From a virus: a DNA stretch of 56,702 nucleotides. Shown here piece after piece: positions 8,337 through 18,591 of the stretch. Under the pieces are notes generated by a model. The model saw only the letters and a program-made list of their open reading frames with translations. It ran no database searches and was not told the origin of the DNA. Numbering within the stretch: position 1 is the stretch's first letter; each line of letters begins with the position of its first letter. A program made the translations under genes and the position numbers. The stretch is from UHGV virus genome UHGV-0213557, one strand, 5' to 3'.

Positions 8337-9164
8337 TTAAATATTTTTCCATGTTCTTCTATGGACTATATTTGATATAGATGAATATGTTACAGGATAT
8401 ATTTCACTTAGTTGTTTTATTGTATATCCATCAGAATACTTTTTTCTAATTTCTTTTACATCCTCAATAGATAACTTAGCTCTGCTTTCTTCAATAATCT
8501 TAACTTTTTCTATAAGATTATTTCCTACTAATCCCTTAGAATATCTACTTCTTAAGCAAGAATATGAAATACCTGTTTTTTCAGAAAGCTCTATCAATGT
8601 AATTTCTTTTTCTTCATGCTTTACTAATATATTTGTTGACCTATTTCTACATTGTGTCTTTATATCCACCCATCTACAATTGCTTGATTCATAATTTCCT
8701 TCATTATTTATTCTATCAATTGTAAGTTTCTCTGAATATCCATTACTCAATGCCCAATTTGCAAAATTATCATAGCAAAACCATTCATCACACACAATTA
8801 TATTCCTTTCACCATATCTATTGTATCTTTTATTATTTTTATCTGTACATCTAGATATTATACCCTTCCATATACTGTAAAGTCTTTTATTTTGAACCTT
8901 ATATTTCTTTTTAAATTGGTATTTGTCTGTTAAATTTAATTTATCTTGTTCTTTTTTTAAACATCCACAAGATTGTACTAAGCCACTAGTTAAAGAGTCA
9001 GTTCTTATTTCTTTGAAATTTCCACAATCACACTTACATAACCAATATTTTCTATTTCTTTTACCACTTTTTATCTCTTTAGAAAATTTAATGACTCTTA
9101 GCCTTCCAAATTTTTTTCCTGTAATATCTAAAAATTTTGCCATAAAATCACCTCTTTTATACAT
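8337..9164 (-). CDS. HNH homing endonuclease (N-terminal Cys-rich zinc module, central HNH_3-like domain, C-terminal HTH)
   Basis: ..KYWLCKCDCGN..LVQSCGC.., ..LTIDRINNEGNYESSNCRWV.., C-terminal ..YTIKQLSEIYPVTYSSISNIV.. Confidence 0.7.
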   Translation of the reverse strand: MYKRGDFMAKFLDITGKKFGRLRVIKFSKEIKSGKRNRKYWLCKCDCGNFKEIRTDSLTSGLVQSCGCLKKEQDKLNLTDKYQFKKKYKVQNKRLYSIWKGIISRCTDKNNKRYNRYGERNIIVCDEWFCYDNFANWALSNGYSEKLTIDRINNEGNYESSNCRWVDIKTQCRNRSTNILVKHEEKEITLIELSEKTGISYSCLRSRYSKGLVGNNLIEKVKIIEESRAKLSIEDVKEIRKKYSDGYTIKQLSEIYPVTYSSISNIVHRRTWKNI

Positions 9165-9252
9165 TATAAATCAAGAGTTATTCTATGTCCATATTCTACC
9201 TACTTTATAATGTAACACTATTACACTTAGCGTTTACCGATTTTGCTGGGTT

Positions 9253-9543
9253 TTATATGCCCCATTGTGTTAAGGCATATTCAGTCGGATTAACAACCTC
9301 TATAATATAATTATTTCCTTGTTTATACACAGGAAGCGACCTAGCATAAGCCACTCCATTCCATCCTTGTCGTAAGAATCCTGTATCAACTGGTGTTCTT
9401 CTAATTACTTTCCCAAGTAATCGTGCTGCTAATTCTCTTGCTGCATCCTTGCAAAACTTATCTAAATCAATCTTTGTAAGCTCCTCCATCTTTTTACAAA
9501 CTCTTTTAAACTCTCTAAAATCAACACTGCCCCATCTAGCCAT
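9253..9543 (-). CDS. Hypothetical head-tail joining protein
   Basis: Position between capsid and tail genes. Confidence 0.35.
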   Translation of the reverse strand: MARWGSVDFREFKRVCKKMEELTKIDLDKFCKDAARELAARLLGKVIRRTPVDTGFLRQGWNGVAYARSLPVYKQGNNYIIEVVNPTEYALTQWGI

Positions 9544-9899
9544 TATGCTTTATCCTTAAATAACTCAAGTATTATTTCTTGATGATTTGGATATATAGCT
9601 GATTCTCCACTTCTTACATACTCTTTATCATTTATAATAAGTTTTGAACCTGCTTTAATTTCTATATCTGGAGATATAAAGAGTTTAATAGTTTGCTCTA
9701 GCTTAGCTACTTTCCCTTCTGTAGCAGAAACTATATTTTTATATGAAAGTTTACATGGTTGATTTTCTAATACAATCACTTCTTTATTGTTAGTTCGTTT
9801 TGTTACAGGGTCTTTAATTGGCTGATACTCAACTATAGTACATTTATCTCTATATAACATTTCTATTGCTTTTCTAGTTTTACTTACCATCTTAAGCAC
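9543..9899 (-). CDS. Hypothetical head-tail joining protein
   Basis: Position; start/stop overlap with neighbours. Confidence 0.35.
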   Translation of the reverse strand: MLKMVSKTRKAIEMLYRDKCTIVEYQPIKDPVTKRTNNKEVIVLENQPCKLSYKNIVSATEGKVAKLEQTIKLFISPDIEIKAGSKLIINDKEYVRSGESAIYPNHQEIILELFKDKA

Positions 9900-10294
9900 C
9901 TAAAGGTTAATATCTTATTCTTGCCATAAGTAGTAAGATAAGCTATTAAGCTATCAAAGCGTTGTTCTGGTGTTTGAGAACCACTTCCTATAGCAAAATC
10001 TACCTTTGTATCACCTTCTGATATAGACTTTTCTACAGCTTCAAAGTTAATGCTTTCTATATCTAATTGACCCATATTTTTCTTGGTAAATAAGAACTCT
10101 CCAACTATCATATCAACTTCAATTTCTTTCAATTCAATTGGCATAGTTTTTATATTACAATCTAGTTTAATAATATTTTCTATTTTTTCTCTTACAAAAC
10201 CTATTAACCACTTATCTCCATCTTTTAATATATATCCAAAACTTTCAAGTCTTTTTTCTATTTCATCAATTATATTATTTTCCATAATTTTCAC
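9884..10294 (-). CDS. Hypothetical head-tail connector/adaptor
   Basis: Position. Confidence 0.35.
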   Translation of the reverse strand: MKIMENNIIDEIEKRLESFGYILKDGDKWLIGFVREKIENIIKLDCNIKTMPIELKEIEVDMIVGEFLFTKKNMGQLDIESINFEAVEKSISEGDTKVDFAIGSGSQTPEQRFDSLIAYLTTYGKNKILTFRCLRW

Positions 10295-10528
10295 CTACTT
10301 TTTAGTAAGTTTATTTTTCTCTTTAAGCTGCTTATTTTCTTCTTCTAAAGACTCAACTTTTGACCTTAAAATATTATTTTCAGCTATTAAATCTTTTACA
10401 CTTAATGACTTGCCATACTTTACTGCCTTACCAGTTTCATCTATCAAATCATATCCCATCTCTAAGAAATCATCTATTTTACATTCTTCTATGGTTAGTA
10501 TTCTATTTAGTTTTTTTACTTGTGGCAC
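10295..10528 (-). CDS. Small coiled-coil protein (capsid-associated)
   Basis: Position downstream of the major capsid gene; ..SKVESLEEENKQLKEKNK.. Confidence 0.3.
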   Translation of the reverse strand: MPQVKKLNRILTIEECKIDDFLEMGYDLIDETGKAVKYGKSLSVKDLIAENNILRSKVESLEEENKQLKEKNKLTKK

Positions 10529-10546
10529 TATATATCACTCCTTTTT

Positions 10547-11437
10547 CTATGCTTCAACAACAAATTGTATTGCATCAGCTTTTTTATTTAATATAAATAC
10601 ATCCTCAAAACTTTCTTCAAAGTAGAAGAATTTTCCCTCTGTAACTGCTGTTGGTTCGTCTAACTTAGAGAACTGATAAGAAACAGGTGTAATTATTGCA
10701 CTTGGGTGAACTAAGGACATAAAGATTTGTTTAGCTCCTGCTCCTACTTTCCATCCAGTTGTAAAATCATATGCAGTTTTCATTAGATTAGATGGTACTT
10801 TAATTATTTTAACTGTGTCAATATCAGTTGTTTGACGATTAAGAGAAGTTCCTGCATCCTTTATATTTACTGTTCTTTGTATCTCTTTTGCATTTTTGAT
10901 AAGTGTATTTACTACTGGAGTAACATACAATATTCTTCCATTTTCAGGTACTCTAGCTTCTGTCATTTTTTCCATTAACTTATCAAATACTTCTAATACG
11001 TTTGCTGTTGTAAGAACAGTTGTATCTGCTGTGTTACCTAATGCGGTCCAATCAGCATATATTTTAGATATACAGTAAGCATCCATCTCTGGAAACTTTT
11101 GTTCCTCATTATATACTTTTGTTATATTGCCTATTGAAGCCACATAATTAGTTTGGTTTATATCTGCTGGATGAACCAATGTAGACCATTTCCTTTGATT
11201 AGTTAATACCTTAGGTTCCCAAGCATTATCATAGTTTCTTTGAGCTACTGCTATTGTATCTCTGTTTGAATCTACTCTTCCAGTTGTAGATATAGTTGGT
11301 ATTTCTATTGTTTTAGAACCAGTCCATCTATATCTTCCATTATTTGGTGTTGCATACAAATCCCCGAAGTTTAAAGTATAAGGATATGCTTGTGCTAAAA
11401 CATTTGAATATTCTTTTGCATAATTTAGTGCTGCCAT
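10547..11437 (-). CDS. Major capsid protein
   Basis: 296 aa directly after the scaffold gene; strong RBS context. Confidence 0.7.
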   Translation of the reverse strand: MAALNYAKEYSNVLAQAYPYTLNFGDLYATPNNGRYRWTGSKTIEIPTISTTGRVDSNRDTIAVAQRNYDNAWEPKVLTNQRKWSTLVHPADINQTNYVASIGNITKVYNEEQKFPEMDAYCISKIYADWTALGNTADTTVLTTANVLEVFDKLMEKMTEARVPENGRILYVTPVVNTLIKNAKEIQRTVNIKDAGTSLNRQTTDIDTVKIIKVPSNLMKTAYDFTTGWKVGAGAKQIFMSLVHPSAIITPVSYQFSKLDEPTAVTEGKFFYFEESFEDVFILNKKADAIQFVVEA

Positions 11438-11448
11438 TTTATTTCCTC

Positions 11449-12012
11449 CTATTTATTATTATTTTCATGAGGTCTTACCCCAGTAAAATTAAAACCAAAA
11501 TCATTTATCTTAGGCTCTTGCCCTGGTGTTATAGTATCTATTTTAGGTTCTTCACCTTCTAGTGTTGCATTAAACAAATAATCTTTATCCTGTTTCAAAG
11601 GATTTATTTGCTCTTCAAAAGCTTTTTGTCTGTCTTTACTATTTCTTAGTGCTTCTATATCTAAATGAGCTTTTAATGCTATTTCATCTCTACATTTAAC
11701 AGATTTAAAAGCATCACCTAACCAGTAATTAAAATCTTTTTCTTCAATTTCTTTTTTGTAAGTTTCTTCCAAAGTTTTCTTATCAGTTTCATAAGTTGTT
11801 TTTAGATTCTCTACATCTTCTTTTGTCATACCTCCTTCAAACTTTTTAATAGTTTCATTAGCTGTATTAAGCTGTGTTTCAAGATTTGTATAATCTTCTT
11901 GAGTAATTGTAGTCTCTTTTATTTTCTTTTCTATAGATTTTTGAAGAGAAACTACATCAATTTTGTTATTTTCTATTTTTATTCCTTCTAGCAATTCTTT
12001 TAACCAATCCAT
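11449..12012 (-). CDS. Scaffolding protein (DUF4355-like, coiled-coil, acidic)
   Basis: MDWLKELLEGIKIENNKIDV...; position before the capsid gene. Confidence 0.55.
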   Translation of the reverse strand: MDWLKELLEGIKIENNKIDVVSLQKSIEKKIKETTITQEDYTNLETQLNTANETIKKFEGGMTKEDVENLKTTYETDKKTLEETYKKEIEEKDFNYWLGDAFKSVKCRDEIALKAHLDIEALRNSKDRQKAFEEQINPLKQDKDYLFNATLEGEEPKIDTITPGQEPKINDFGFNFTGVRPHENNNK

Positions 12013-12056
12013 CTTTTAAATATCTCCTTTCATTTTTTACACAATAAAAAAAGTCT

Positions 12057-12260
12057 TTAAAGACTTTTGTCTAGTGATTCATTTAATTCTTCTCCTACTC
12101 TCTTTAGAATTTCATCAGAAACTTTATCTATATTAGCTTCATTTTTTTCTTTTAATTTATTGCAAAGAATACCTACATTGACATTAGCAATACAATTAAT
12201 AAAGATTTGTACTACACAAACTACAGCTATAACTTGAGTTAATATATACATTAAAATCAC
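12057..12260 (-). CDS. Small membrane protein
   Basis: N-terminal TM segment ILTQVIAVVCVVQIFINCIANV. Confidence 0.3.
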   Translation of the reverse strand: MILMYILTQVIAVVCVVQIFINCIANVNVGILCNKLKEKNEANIDKVSDEILKRVGEELNESLDKSL

Positions 12261-12321
12261 CTACTTTTTTAAACTTTTACATAATAAAAGCACCTACTAA
12301 TTTATTGTTCAGTAAGTGCTT

Positions 12322-12573
12322 CTAACATTGATAACTCATTTCTTTTTTCAAATCGTTATTTTTAGCAGCTTTTATAAGTTTAGAAATAGCTTTTAACGTT
12401 GCTGATTTACTTATATGTTCATCTTTTGACTCTTTTATTATTTCATAATTATAAAAATCATCTAAATATATTTTTATTCTTCCATCAAGCTTATTTTCTT
12501 CATATCCATAACTATATATAACATATTCATTATTCTTTTCTAATAAGTTCATTAAGACAATCATCTTCTTCAA
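12322..12573 (-). CDS. Hypothetical protein
   Basis: ORF track; followed by a terminator hairpin at 12282-12320. Confidence 0.3.
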   Translation of the reverse strand: MKKMIVLMNLLEKNNEYVIYSYGYEENKLDGRIKIYLDDFYNYEIIKESKDEHISKSATLKAISKLIKAAKNNDLKKEMSYQC

Positions 12574-14023
12574 ACTCTCCTTTCTGTTTAATTAATTCTT
12601 TATACCAATCATGCTTTTTCTCAGTCATTCTATGGGCTTCTAAGTTACTTATATTATACTTTTTCTCAAATATACTTTCAAGGTATTCATGTTTTAATAA
12701 GAGAATATCAATATCTTCGTATGTACCATTTATAAGTCTTTGCCAAGCAACTGACATACTATAGTCAGAATCCAACATACGTCTAGTTCCATCTCTCATT
12801 ATATGAGTATTGTAGAAAATATGATTTTTAATTTGACCTATACTTTTTTCTGACCAATTTGTATTCTTTGATATTTTGGAAATATCATCTTTTCTATTTC
12901 TAATATTATCGTAATATAGTTCTGCTTCTTCTTCTCTTCTTATATTCCACTCGATATCACCTTTAGTATATTTTGCACCAGTTTGTTTACTATTATTTTT
13001 AACATACTTCTCATACCACTCATTATACTTCATACTAGATGGTACATAATATGTTTTTCCATCTTCTCCTCTTGCTGCTCTATAGCCTTCTTCATCCTCG
13101 AACCAAGGAGCTGTTGTTGTCCTACAACGACAATGAAATGGTGGAGCTGTTATTCCAACTTGATAATCTTTCATATCAAATATTTTTCCATCTAACTCTC
13201 TGCATATATTTGAAGTTCTTAAATCTAATGTAGCAATAATCTCATATTTCTCTACTTCTAAATCACTAAAACAATCTTTTCTACTTGCTGATGCAAAGAA
13301 AGCTGATTCAGTCATTATCAAATTCTTAGCTTGTGATTTAGATACATTAAATCTCTTAGCAAAGTCATTTACTAAATTTTTTGGATTTTCACCTCTAATA
13401 ATTGATTGAGTTAGCTTAGTATGTAGTTCATTTACTAAAGTAGGTCTATACTTACCCCAAATTCTTTCACTAAAGTTTAATCCATCTATTGCCCATGGTT
13501 TAGAGATAATTTTATTTATTCTATTAGTATCAAGACTCATTAAACTCCAACCAACGTTTACTCCTTGTTGAACATTAAAAGCTGTATGATAGTATCCACT
13601 TGTATAAATATCTCTCATTAGTTTATCAATACCATCAAGTTCATTTCCATATAAAACTTCTACTTGTTGCTGTATTTGTAACTTTAAAGCTTCAAGCCTT
13701 GTTATATGAACTCTTGCACTAGCATTTTCTAACTCTTTCATCCACTTTTGATTTATAGCATTTTCTTTACCATATTTAATATATTCTTCAACACTCCATT
13801 TAAACTCTTCTAGTTCTCTTGTATTTAGTAGTTTCTTAGCTTCTAATAAAGATATTCCTTCATTTTTGGCAAATCTGTTGTACCATGCTAATATATCTTT
13901 TTCTATACTATTTATAGCTAGTTTATATTGCTTTTCTAATTCAAGATAATATTTTACACTTTTGTTATTTTGAGCTTCTTCTAATTGTTCAAATCTCTTT
14001 CTCCAATAATCTTTATGTTTCAT
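12530..14023 (-). CDS. Head morphogenesis protein (SPP1 gp7 / Mu F family) with a ~140-aa C-terminal extension
   Basis: ..APPFHCRCRTTTAPW.. motif; position after the portal gene. Confidence 0.75.
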   Translation of the reverse strand: MKHKDYWRKRFEQLEEAQNNKSVKYYLELEKQYKLAINSIEKDILAWYNRFAKNEGISLLEAKKLLNTRELEEFKWSVEEYIKYGKENAINQKWMKELENASARVHITRLEALKLQIQQQVEVLYGNELDGIDKLMRDIYTSGYYHTAFNVQQGVNVGWSLMSLDTNRINKIISKPWAIDGLNFSERIWGKYRPTLVNELHTKLTQSIIRGENPKNLVNDFAKRFNVSKSQAKNLIMTESAFFASASRKDCFSDLEVEKYEIIATLDLRTSNICRELDGKIFDMKDYQVGITAPPFHCRCRTTTAPWFEDEEGYRAARGEDGKTYYVPSSMKYNEWYEKYVKNNSKQTGAKYTKGDIEWNIRREEEAELYYDNIRNRKDDISKISKNTNWSEKSIGQIKNHIFYNTHIMRDGTRRMLDSDYSMSVAWQRLINGTYEDIDILLLKHEYLESIFEKKYNISNLEAHRMTEKKHDWYKELIKQKGEFEEDDCLNELIRKE

Positions 14024-15452
14024 CTATAACACCATCTTGATTATTAGGAATTAAATCATCATACTCTTTTTGAGTATCTTCCTGTTTTTTAAGTCTCTCA
14101 AGTTCGTCATTAACATCCTCGACCCAAGGATGGTTAGAAACAATAGTTTCATCTGATACAATTCCAGTTGATTTAGCTGCCATATCTATCTTTTCAGCTT
14201 CATTTATTATCATAGAGTGATTAAAAGTAATTTGAACTGTTTTATAATCATAGCTCTTACTACCACTTATCTTTAAATACTCACACACAAACCATAAAAG
14301 CTCTCTAATTGCTTTTTTAAACTTCTTTTCAGTCTTAGAACATTTTAAGTCAAGTAGTGAATATAAAAATTTAAGTGCTACACCCGATTTGTCACCTGTG
14401 TTTTGAGATTCTGGATTAACTCCTTGACCAAAGATAATTATATTCTTTTCCAATCTATCAAGAAGCTCCTTTTTAGCTTCAACTGGTATATTTATCTCTA
14501 GTTTATCAACTCCACCTCCACCATCTACTTTAATTGATTTATAGTATCTTATATTATCTATAAACTCTTGTAGACTTGTTCCTGGATATTCTTTTAATAC
14601 ATAAATAACCTCTTGTATTTCATCTAAGTTATCTGCTAGTGTAGAAATATTATTGTCATATATATCTATTAATGATTTATAGAAAGTTAAATCTGAGACA
14701 CACTTTTCATTATTTTTAAAAGGTATAAATGGAACTTTACCCCATCCCTGTTCTTTGTTATTTATTCTAAAATGACCTTCTTGTATATCAGTCATTTTTC
14801 CATATTCATCATATAAAAATTCTTGAATAAAACTATTACCTCTTTCAATAAAGTAAGTTATGTCATTTTCTGTGTAGTACTCAACTCTTTTTATTTTATT
14901 TCCATCTATATCTTCAATATAATAAAACCTAATAAATGCAACTAATTCCCTCTGTCTTTTACTATCCCAAATAGGAATTGCTTCTTCAGCTGGAATTATT
15001 ACATATTTAAACTCACCTTTTCTATTAATATATGGATGTAACCATTCAACCCCTTTATTACTAGCATTGAGATATAGTTCTGTTATTGTATCGTCAAACT
15101 CTTCTCCTAGTAAGTCATTTAAAAGCTTAGTGAGATTATCATCATCTGCATTAAATACTATGGGATTTCCGACACTATAGCCTACCTTTTGGTCAACTAA
15201 AAGCTTATGGTAGTTGTTAATTGCTTTATTATTAACTTTAGTAAAATCATCAACCTTAGCTCCATCTAAGAGATAATATCTTCTCTTATTGTTTACATCA
15301 GTATTACCATAATAGTATTCTTCTCCTTGTTTATATTTTTCTGGTCTATGCTTTAAGATGTAGTGTTCTATGACTTTTACTAGGTTAATGGTGCTCTCTT
15401 TTTTTAACTGAACTTTTATTAAATCTGTTTCACTTATATAAATATTTAACAC
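14013..15452 (-). CDS. Portal protein
   Basis: 479 aa between the large terminase and the MuF-like gene. Confidence 0.75.
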   Translation of the reverse strand: MLNIYISETDLIKVQLKKESTINLVKVIEHYILKHRPEKYKQGEEYYYGNTDVNNKRRYYLLDGAKVDDFTKVNNKAINNYHKLLVDQKVGYSVGNPIVFNADDDNLTKLLNDLLGEEFDDTITELYLNASNKGVEWLHPYINRKGEFKYVIIPAEEAIPIWDSKRQRELVAFIRFYYIEDIDGNKIKRVEYYTENDITYFIERGNSFIQEFLYDEYGKMTDIQEGHFRINNKEQGWGKVPFIPFKNNEKCVSDLTFYKSLIDIYDNNISTLADNLDEIQEVIYVLKEYPGTSLQEFIDNIRYYKSIKVDGGGGVDKLEINIPVEAKKELLDRLEKNIIIFGQGVNPESQNTGDKSGVALKFLYSLLDLKCSKTEKKFKKAIRELLWFVCEYLKISGSKSYDYKTVQITFNHSMIINEAEKIDMAAKSTGIVSDETIVSNHPWVEDVNDELERLKKQEDTQKEYDDLIPNNQDGVIDET

Positions 15453-15457
15453 CTCCT

Positions 15458-16711
15458 TTACTTTAAGAAGCTTATTCCATTATTTTTAAGCTTATTATCT
15501 ATAGAATATCTAAGCGCAGCCATTGCATCATCCATAAACTCAACTGGTTCATCAAGATATAATCCAGTTCTTTCATCTTGTTTCCATTTCCATTGTTGTA
15601 TTTCTTTTATGGTATTAGTGCAACTAGGATGTACATGTATTCTTAATTGTTTCAAATAATCTATTTGAGCTTTAACACTTCCTGGTCCTTTTTTAACTCC
15701 TTTAGCTTTATATCCTGCACTCTTCCACATCTTAATTCTATCTGGTTCAGCACTATCACAGTACATAAATAGAGTCTTTTCTAAACCTATACTATTTGCA
15801 ATCTTTATGATTTCTGAGGTATCCATTTCATGTGCATATATTTCGTTACATATATATAACTCTCCATCCTTAAAGCCAATTCTAAGTACTACATTTGCAT
15901 GGTTAAATCCAAAGTCTTGTGATAACCTCATATTGTCAAAATACTCAGATTCTGTAGGAAATTCATGTATAACATAATTTTTAAGTATTGCTCCACCAGT
16001 TTCTCCCCATTCTCCAAGACCATAGACTTTGTACCCTTCTGGGTCTTGCTCTTTTCTCATTTGCATTCTTCTGTAGTAAGCCTCATCTATGAATCTATTT
16101 TGTAGATAAGTACTATGATGAGTAAATATATCATCATTTTTATAGTCAAAATACTTTCTTTTTATCCAATGAGTAGCTGAGACTGGATTAAATGTAAATG
16201 TCATTTGATAGTATAGGTTAGGATTAGTTAAAATACCTCTTAAACGGTCATCTAGTATGTCTATGTCACTTTCCATAAGTTCTGTAGCTTCTTCACACCA
16301 AACCCATGTTAATTTTCCTTTCGAGAAGTTAATTGATTTTAATTTTTCTCTTTGTTTTGCATCATTAACTCCTCTGAAAATTATAGAGTTACCAGTAACT
16401 TTACTCTTAATTTCTAAAGGATTTAAAGTAGTTTTCCAATACTTATCAGCTTGTTTACCATAAATACGATTTATAGCTCCTGTAAGCTCTGCATACGTTG
16501 AATACTTATGTGTAGCTTCTGACTTTCTAACTACTAATAGATTAGCTCCTTGATACTTCTTATCTCCTAACTTTAGTATATAGTCTTGTGCTACATTAAC
16601 AGATTTTCCACTCCCTGCTGAACCTTTCATTGCTCTGTATCTTTTTTTAGTAAAATTGGCTTCCTTGAAATCTGGATTAAAATCTATTCTAACTATCATT
16701 TCTATCACCAT
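15458..16711 (-). CDS. Terminase large subunit
   Basis: Walker A GSAGSGKS; 417 aa. Confidence 0.88.
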   Translation of the reverse strand: MVIEMIVRIDFNPDFKEANFTKKRYRAMKGSAGSGKSVNVAQDYILKLGDKKYQGANLLVVRKSEATHKYSTYAELTGAINRIYGKQADKYWKTTLNPLEIKSKVTGNSIIFRGVNDAKQREKLKSINFSKGKLTWVWCEEATELMESDIDILDDRLRGILTNPNLYYQMTFTFNPVSATHWIKRKYFDYKNDDIFTHHSTYLQNRFIDEAYYRRMQMRKEQDPEGYKVYGLGEWGETGGAILKNYVIHEFPTESEYFDNMRLSQDFGFNHANVVLRIGFKDGELYICNEIYAHEMDTSEIIKIANSIGLEKTLFMYCDSAEPDRIKMWKSAGYKAKGVKKGPGSVKAQIDYLKQLRIHVHPSCTNTIKEIQQWKWKQDERTGLYLDEPVEFMDDAMAALRYSIDNKLKNNGISFLK

Positions 16712-17372
16712 AATCTACACTTATTTTCAACTCATCATCTCCAATATCATCTTTACTTAGGTTATCAACTTCACATTTCAACTTCTCAACTCTTGTTTTC
16801 TGCTCCTCTGTAGCCAAATTCCAATCCTTATGAATCATTTCATCATACTGTTTAATTAAACTTCTAAGTTCACTCATTGCTCTACTCTGTGCATTAAGAA
16901 AAGATGCTTGCCTATCCCATGCAAATTGAAATTCATACTCTATCTTCTCACCATTTTCTGTGCTTTCATATTTCTTTAATTCCTTAATCATTTCTTCCTT
17001 GTCTTTAACATACATTATCTTTTGTGCTCTTATTATTGCTGCATATTGTATTGTTATCTGTTCCCAAAGAATATCAAATTTATCTTTATCCTTTATCTCA
17101 TTAATTAAGTCTTGGGTTTCTTCAGGTAAGTATTTTGAGAAGAAACCAAATTTTTCAGCATTCTTATTTCCAGGAGGACCAGTGGCATTTTTATTACCTA
17201 TGGGTGCACCTCTTTTATTTTTAGGTGCACCCTTCTTTTTCTCATTAGCCCAATTGTATCTTTTTATCCATGACTTTAAAGTATTTAAACTAATGTCATA
17301 CTTTGCTGATATTTCCTTTTGTTTCATACCTTTTAGGTAATCTTGTTTTACTTTTTCTTTCACATCTTGCAC
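16689..17372 (-). CDS. Terminase small subunit (N-terminal HTH)
   Basis: ..[24 protein letters not shown]..; overlaps the TerL start. Confidence 0.65.
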   Translation of the reverse strand: MQDVKEKVKQDYLKGMKQKEISAKYDISLNTLKSWIKRYNWANEKKKGAPKNKRGAPIGNKNATGPPGNKNAEKFGFFSKYLPEETQDLINEIKDKDKFDILWEQITIQYAAIIRAQKIMYVKDKEEMIKELKKYESTENGEKIEYEFQFAWDRQASFLNAQSRAMSELRSLIKQYDEMIHKDWNLATEEQKTRVEKLKCEVDNLSKDDIGDDELKISVDYGDRNDS

Positions 17373-17404
17373 ACCACCACCTCGTTTGTTTGTCGTTTTG
17401 GGAA

Positions 17405-17432
17405 TAAAAAAAGAACTCGTTTGGAGTTCTCA
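17405..17432 (-). terminator. Rho-independent terminator between the nuclease cassette and terS (AGAACTC caaac GAGTTCT + T7 on the minus strand)
   Basis: Perfect 7-bp stem followed by a T-run. Confidence 0.6.
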
Positions 17433-18200
17433 GTTTACAATATCATATCTATGATTGATTCTTACTTTAATATTGTTATATTCAACTTCGGTTATTAAAC
17501 CCAACATTTTCAAAGATTCTATATTTTCATTTAAACAGTCTATAAATCCAAGTTCACTTTCTAATAATCTTAATTCTCCTCCAGCAAATTCCATCTCATC
17601 TATTAATGCTTGCATTTTACATTTTATCATAGTCAGAAGATTATACCTTTTATACTTTAATTTCGTTATTTCATCTACTGTAAACGATATTATTGGCATC
17701 TTATCTGATAAATATAATTTTCTTCTTTTTCCTTCAGCATATTGCCACCCCTTACCTGTCAATCCATTTAAAGAAATAAATATGCCCAATCCCGCATTAT
17801 TTTTATTGCATATTTCTGCTAGTTTAGATACCATTCCTACATCCACTTTTCTACTTTTCCAGTTTTTACATTCACATACTATTTTTGATTTTATATTACA
17901 TAAGAATGGTATTGGTATGTTGTCATTAAACTTAACAAAAACATCTAGCTCATTATCTGTTGTAGACTTATTTACAGATATATCACTTAATATTGTAAAT
18001 CTAGACATTATAAATCTTACTAATTGTTCTAAAATTTTTCCTTTCTCATGATTTTTAGATTTATTCCATTCCTTAGATAATTCTATTTCTTTTATATAAT
18101 TAGAGAATTCGTCTAATAGCATACTGTCATCATAAAAAGGCTCCCAAATTAAATTATCATCACATATGCTTAGATATTCTTTTAAGGTATCTAGACTCAC
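17430..18200 (-). CDS. Mrr-cat-like PD-(D/E)xK restriction-endonuclease-fold protein (256 aa)
   Basis: GKILEQLVRFIMSRF ... NELDVFVKF ... IVCECKNWKSRKVDVGMVSKLAEI ... GLGIFISLNGLTGKG. Confidence 0.6.
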   Translation of the reverse strand: MSLDTLKEYLSICDDNLIWEPFYDDSMLLDEFSNYIKEIELSKEWNKSKNHEKGKILEQLVRFIMSRFTILSDISVNKSTTDNELDVFVKFNDNIPIPFLCNIKSKIVCECKNWKSRKVDVGMVSKLAEICNKNNAGLGIFISLNGLTGKGWQYAEGKRRKLYLSDKMPIISFTVDEITKLKYKRYNLLTMIKCKMQALIDEMEFAGGELRLLESELGFIDCLNENIESLKMLGLITEVEYNNIKVRINHRYDIVN

Positions 18201-18204
18201 TGTA

Positions 18205-18591
18205 TCACTTCTCCAATCTTCTAAAGCCTATTTTTGTATCTTCAAAGTTGTATTTATAACCACATCCACATATTGGGCATTCTTGTCCTTTTGAAAAAGC
18301 ATTGAATTCTTTTATCGAAGTGAAGTATTTATAGTGACCTATTTCATTTTCATATACGCTATCTGGATTAGAACATTCAACAACAATAAAAAATTCTAAT
18401 TCATTTTCTTTAACTAAAAATTCAAGAACTCTTGTAGCCTCTAAAAGTGTAACTTTAGTTTTCCTGGCCAGCAATCTTGGTGTAATGATATCACTCTTCA
18501 TTAATTTCTCTAATTCTTCTATTATAGATTTTGCTTTACTCTGATTTCCTAAAAGTATACTTATATTCTCCAACTTTTCGTATAACATCAT
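18205..18591 (-). CDS. Hypothetical small protein with a C-terminal CPICGC motif
   Basis: ORF track; overlaps both neighbours, operon-like. Confidence 0.35.
   Translation of the reverse strand: MMLYEKLENISILLGNQSKAKSIIEELEKLMKSDIITPRLLARKTKVTLLEATRVLEFLVKENELEFFIVVECSNPDSVYENEIGHYKYFTSIKEFNAFSKGQECPICGCGYKYNFEDTKIGFRRLEK

Noticed and set aside
10083-10625. 180-aa plus-strand ORF (also 17455-18051 at 198 aa, 53332-53724 at 130 aa, 39123-39434, 16960-17340 and similar)
   Set aside because: They lie antisense to well-supported minus-strand structural genes, are low-complexity (Ser/Phe/Ile/Leu-rich from AT-rich antisense) and lack an RBS; likely non-coding.
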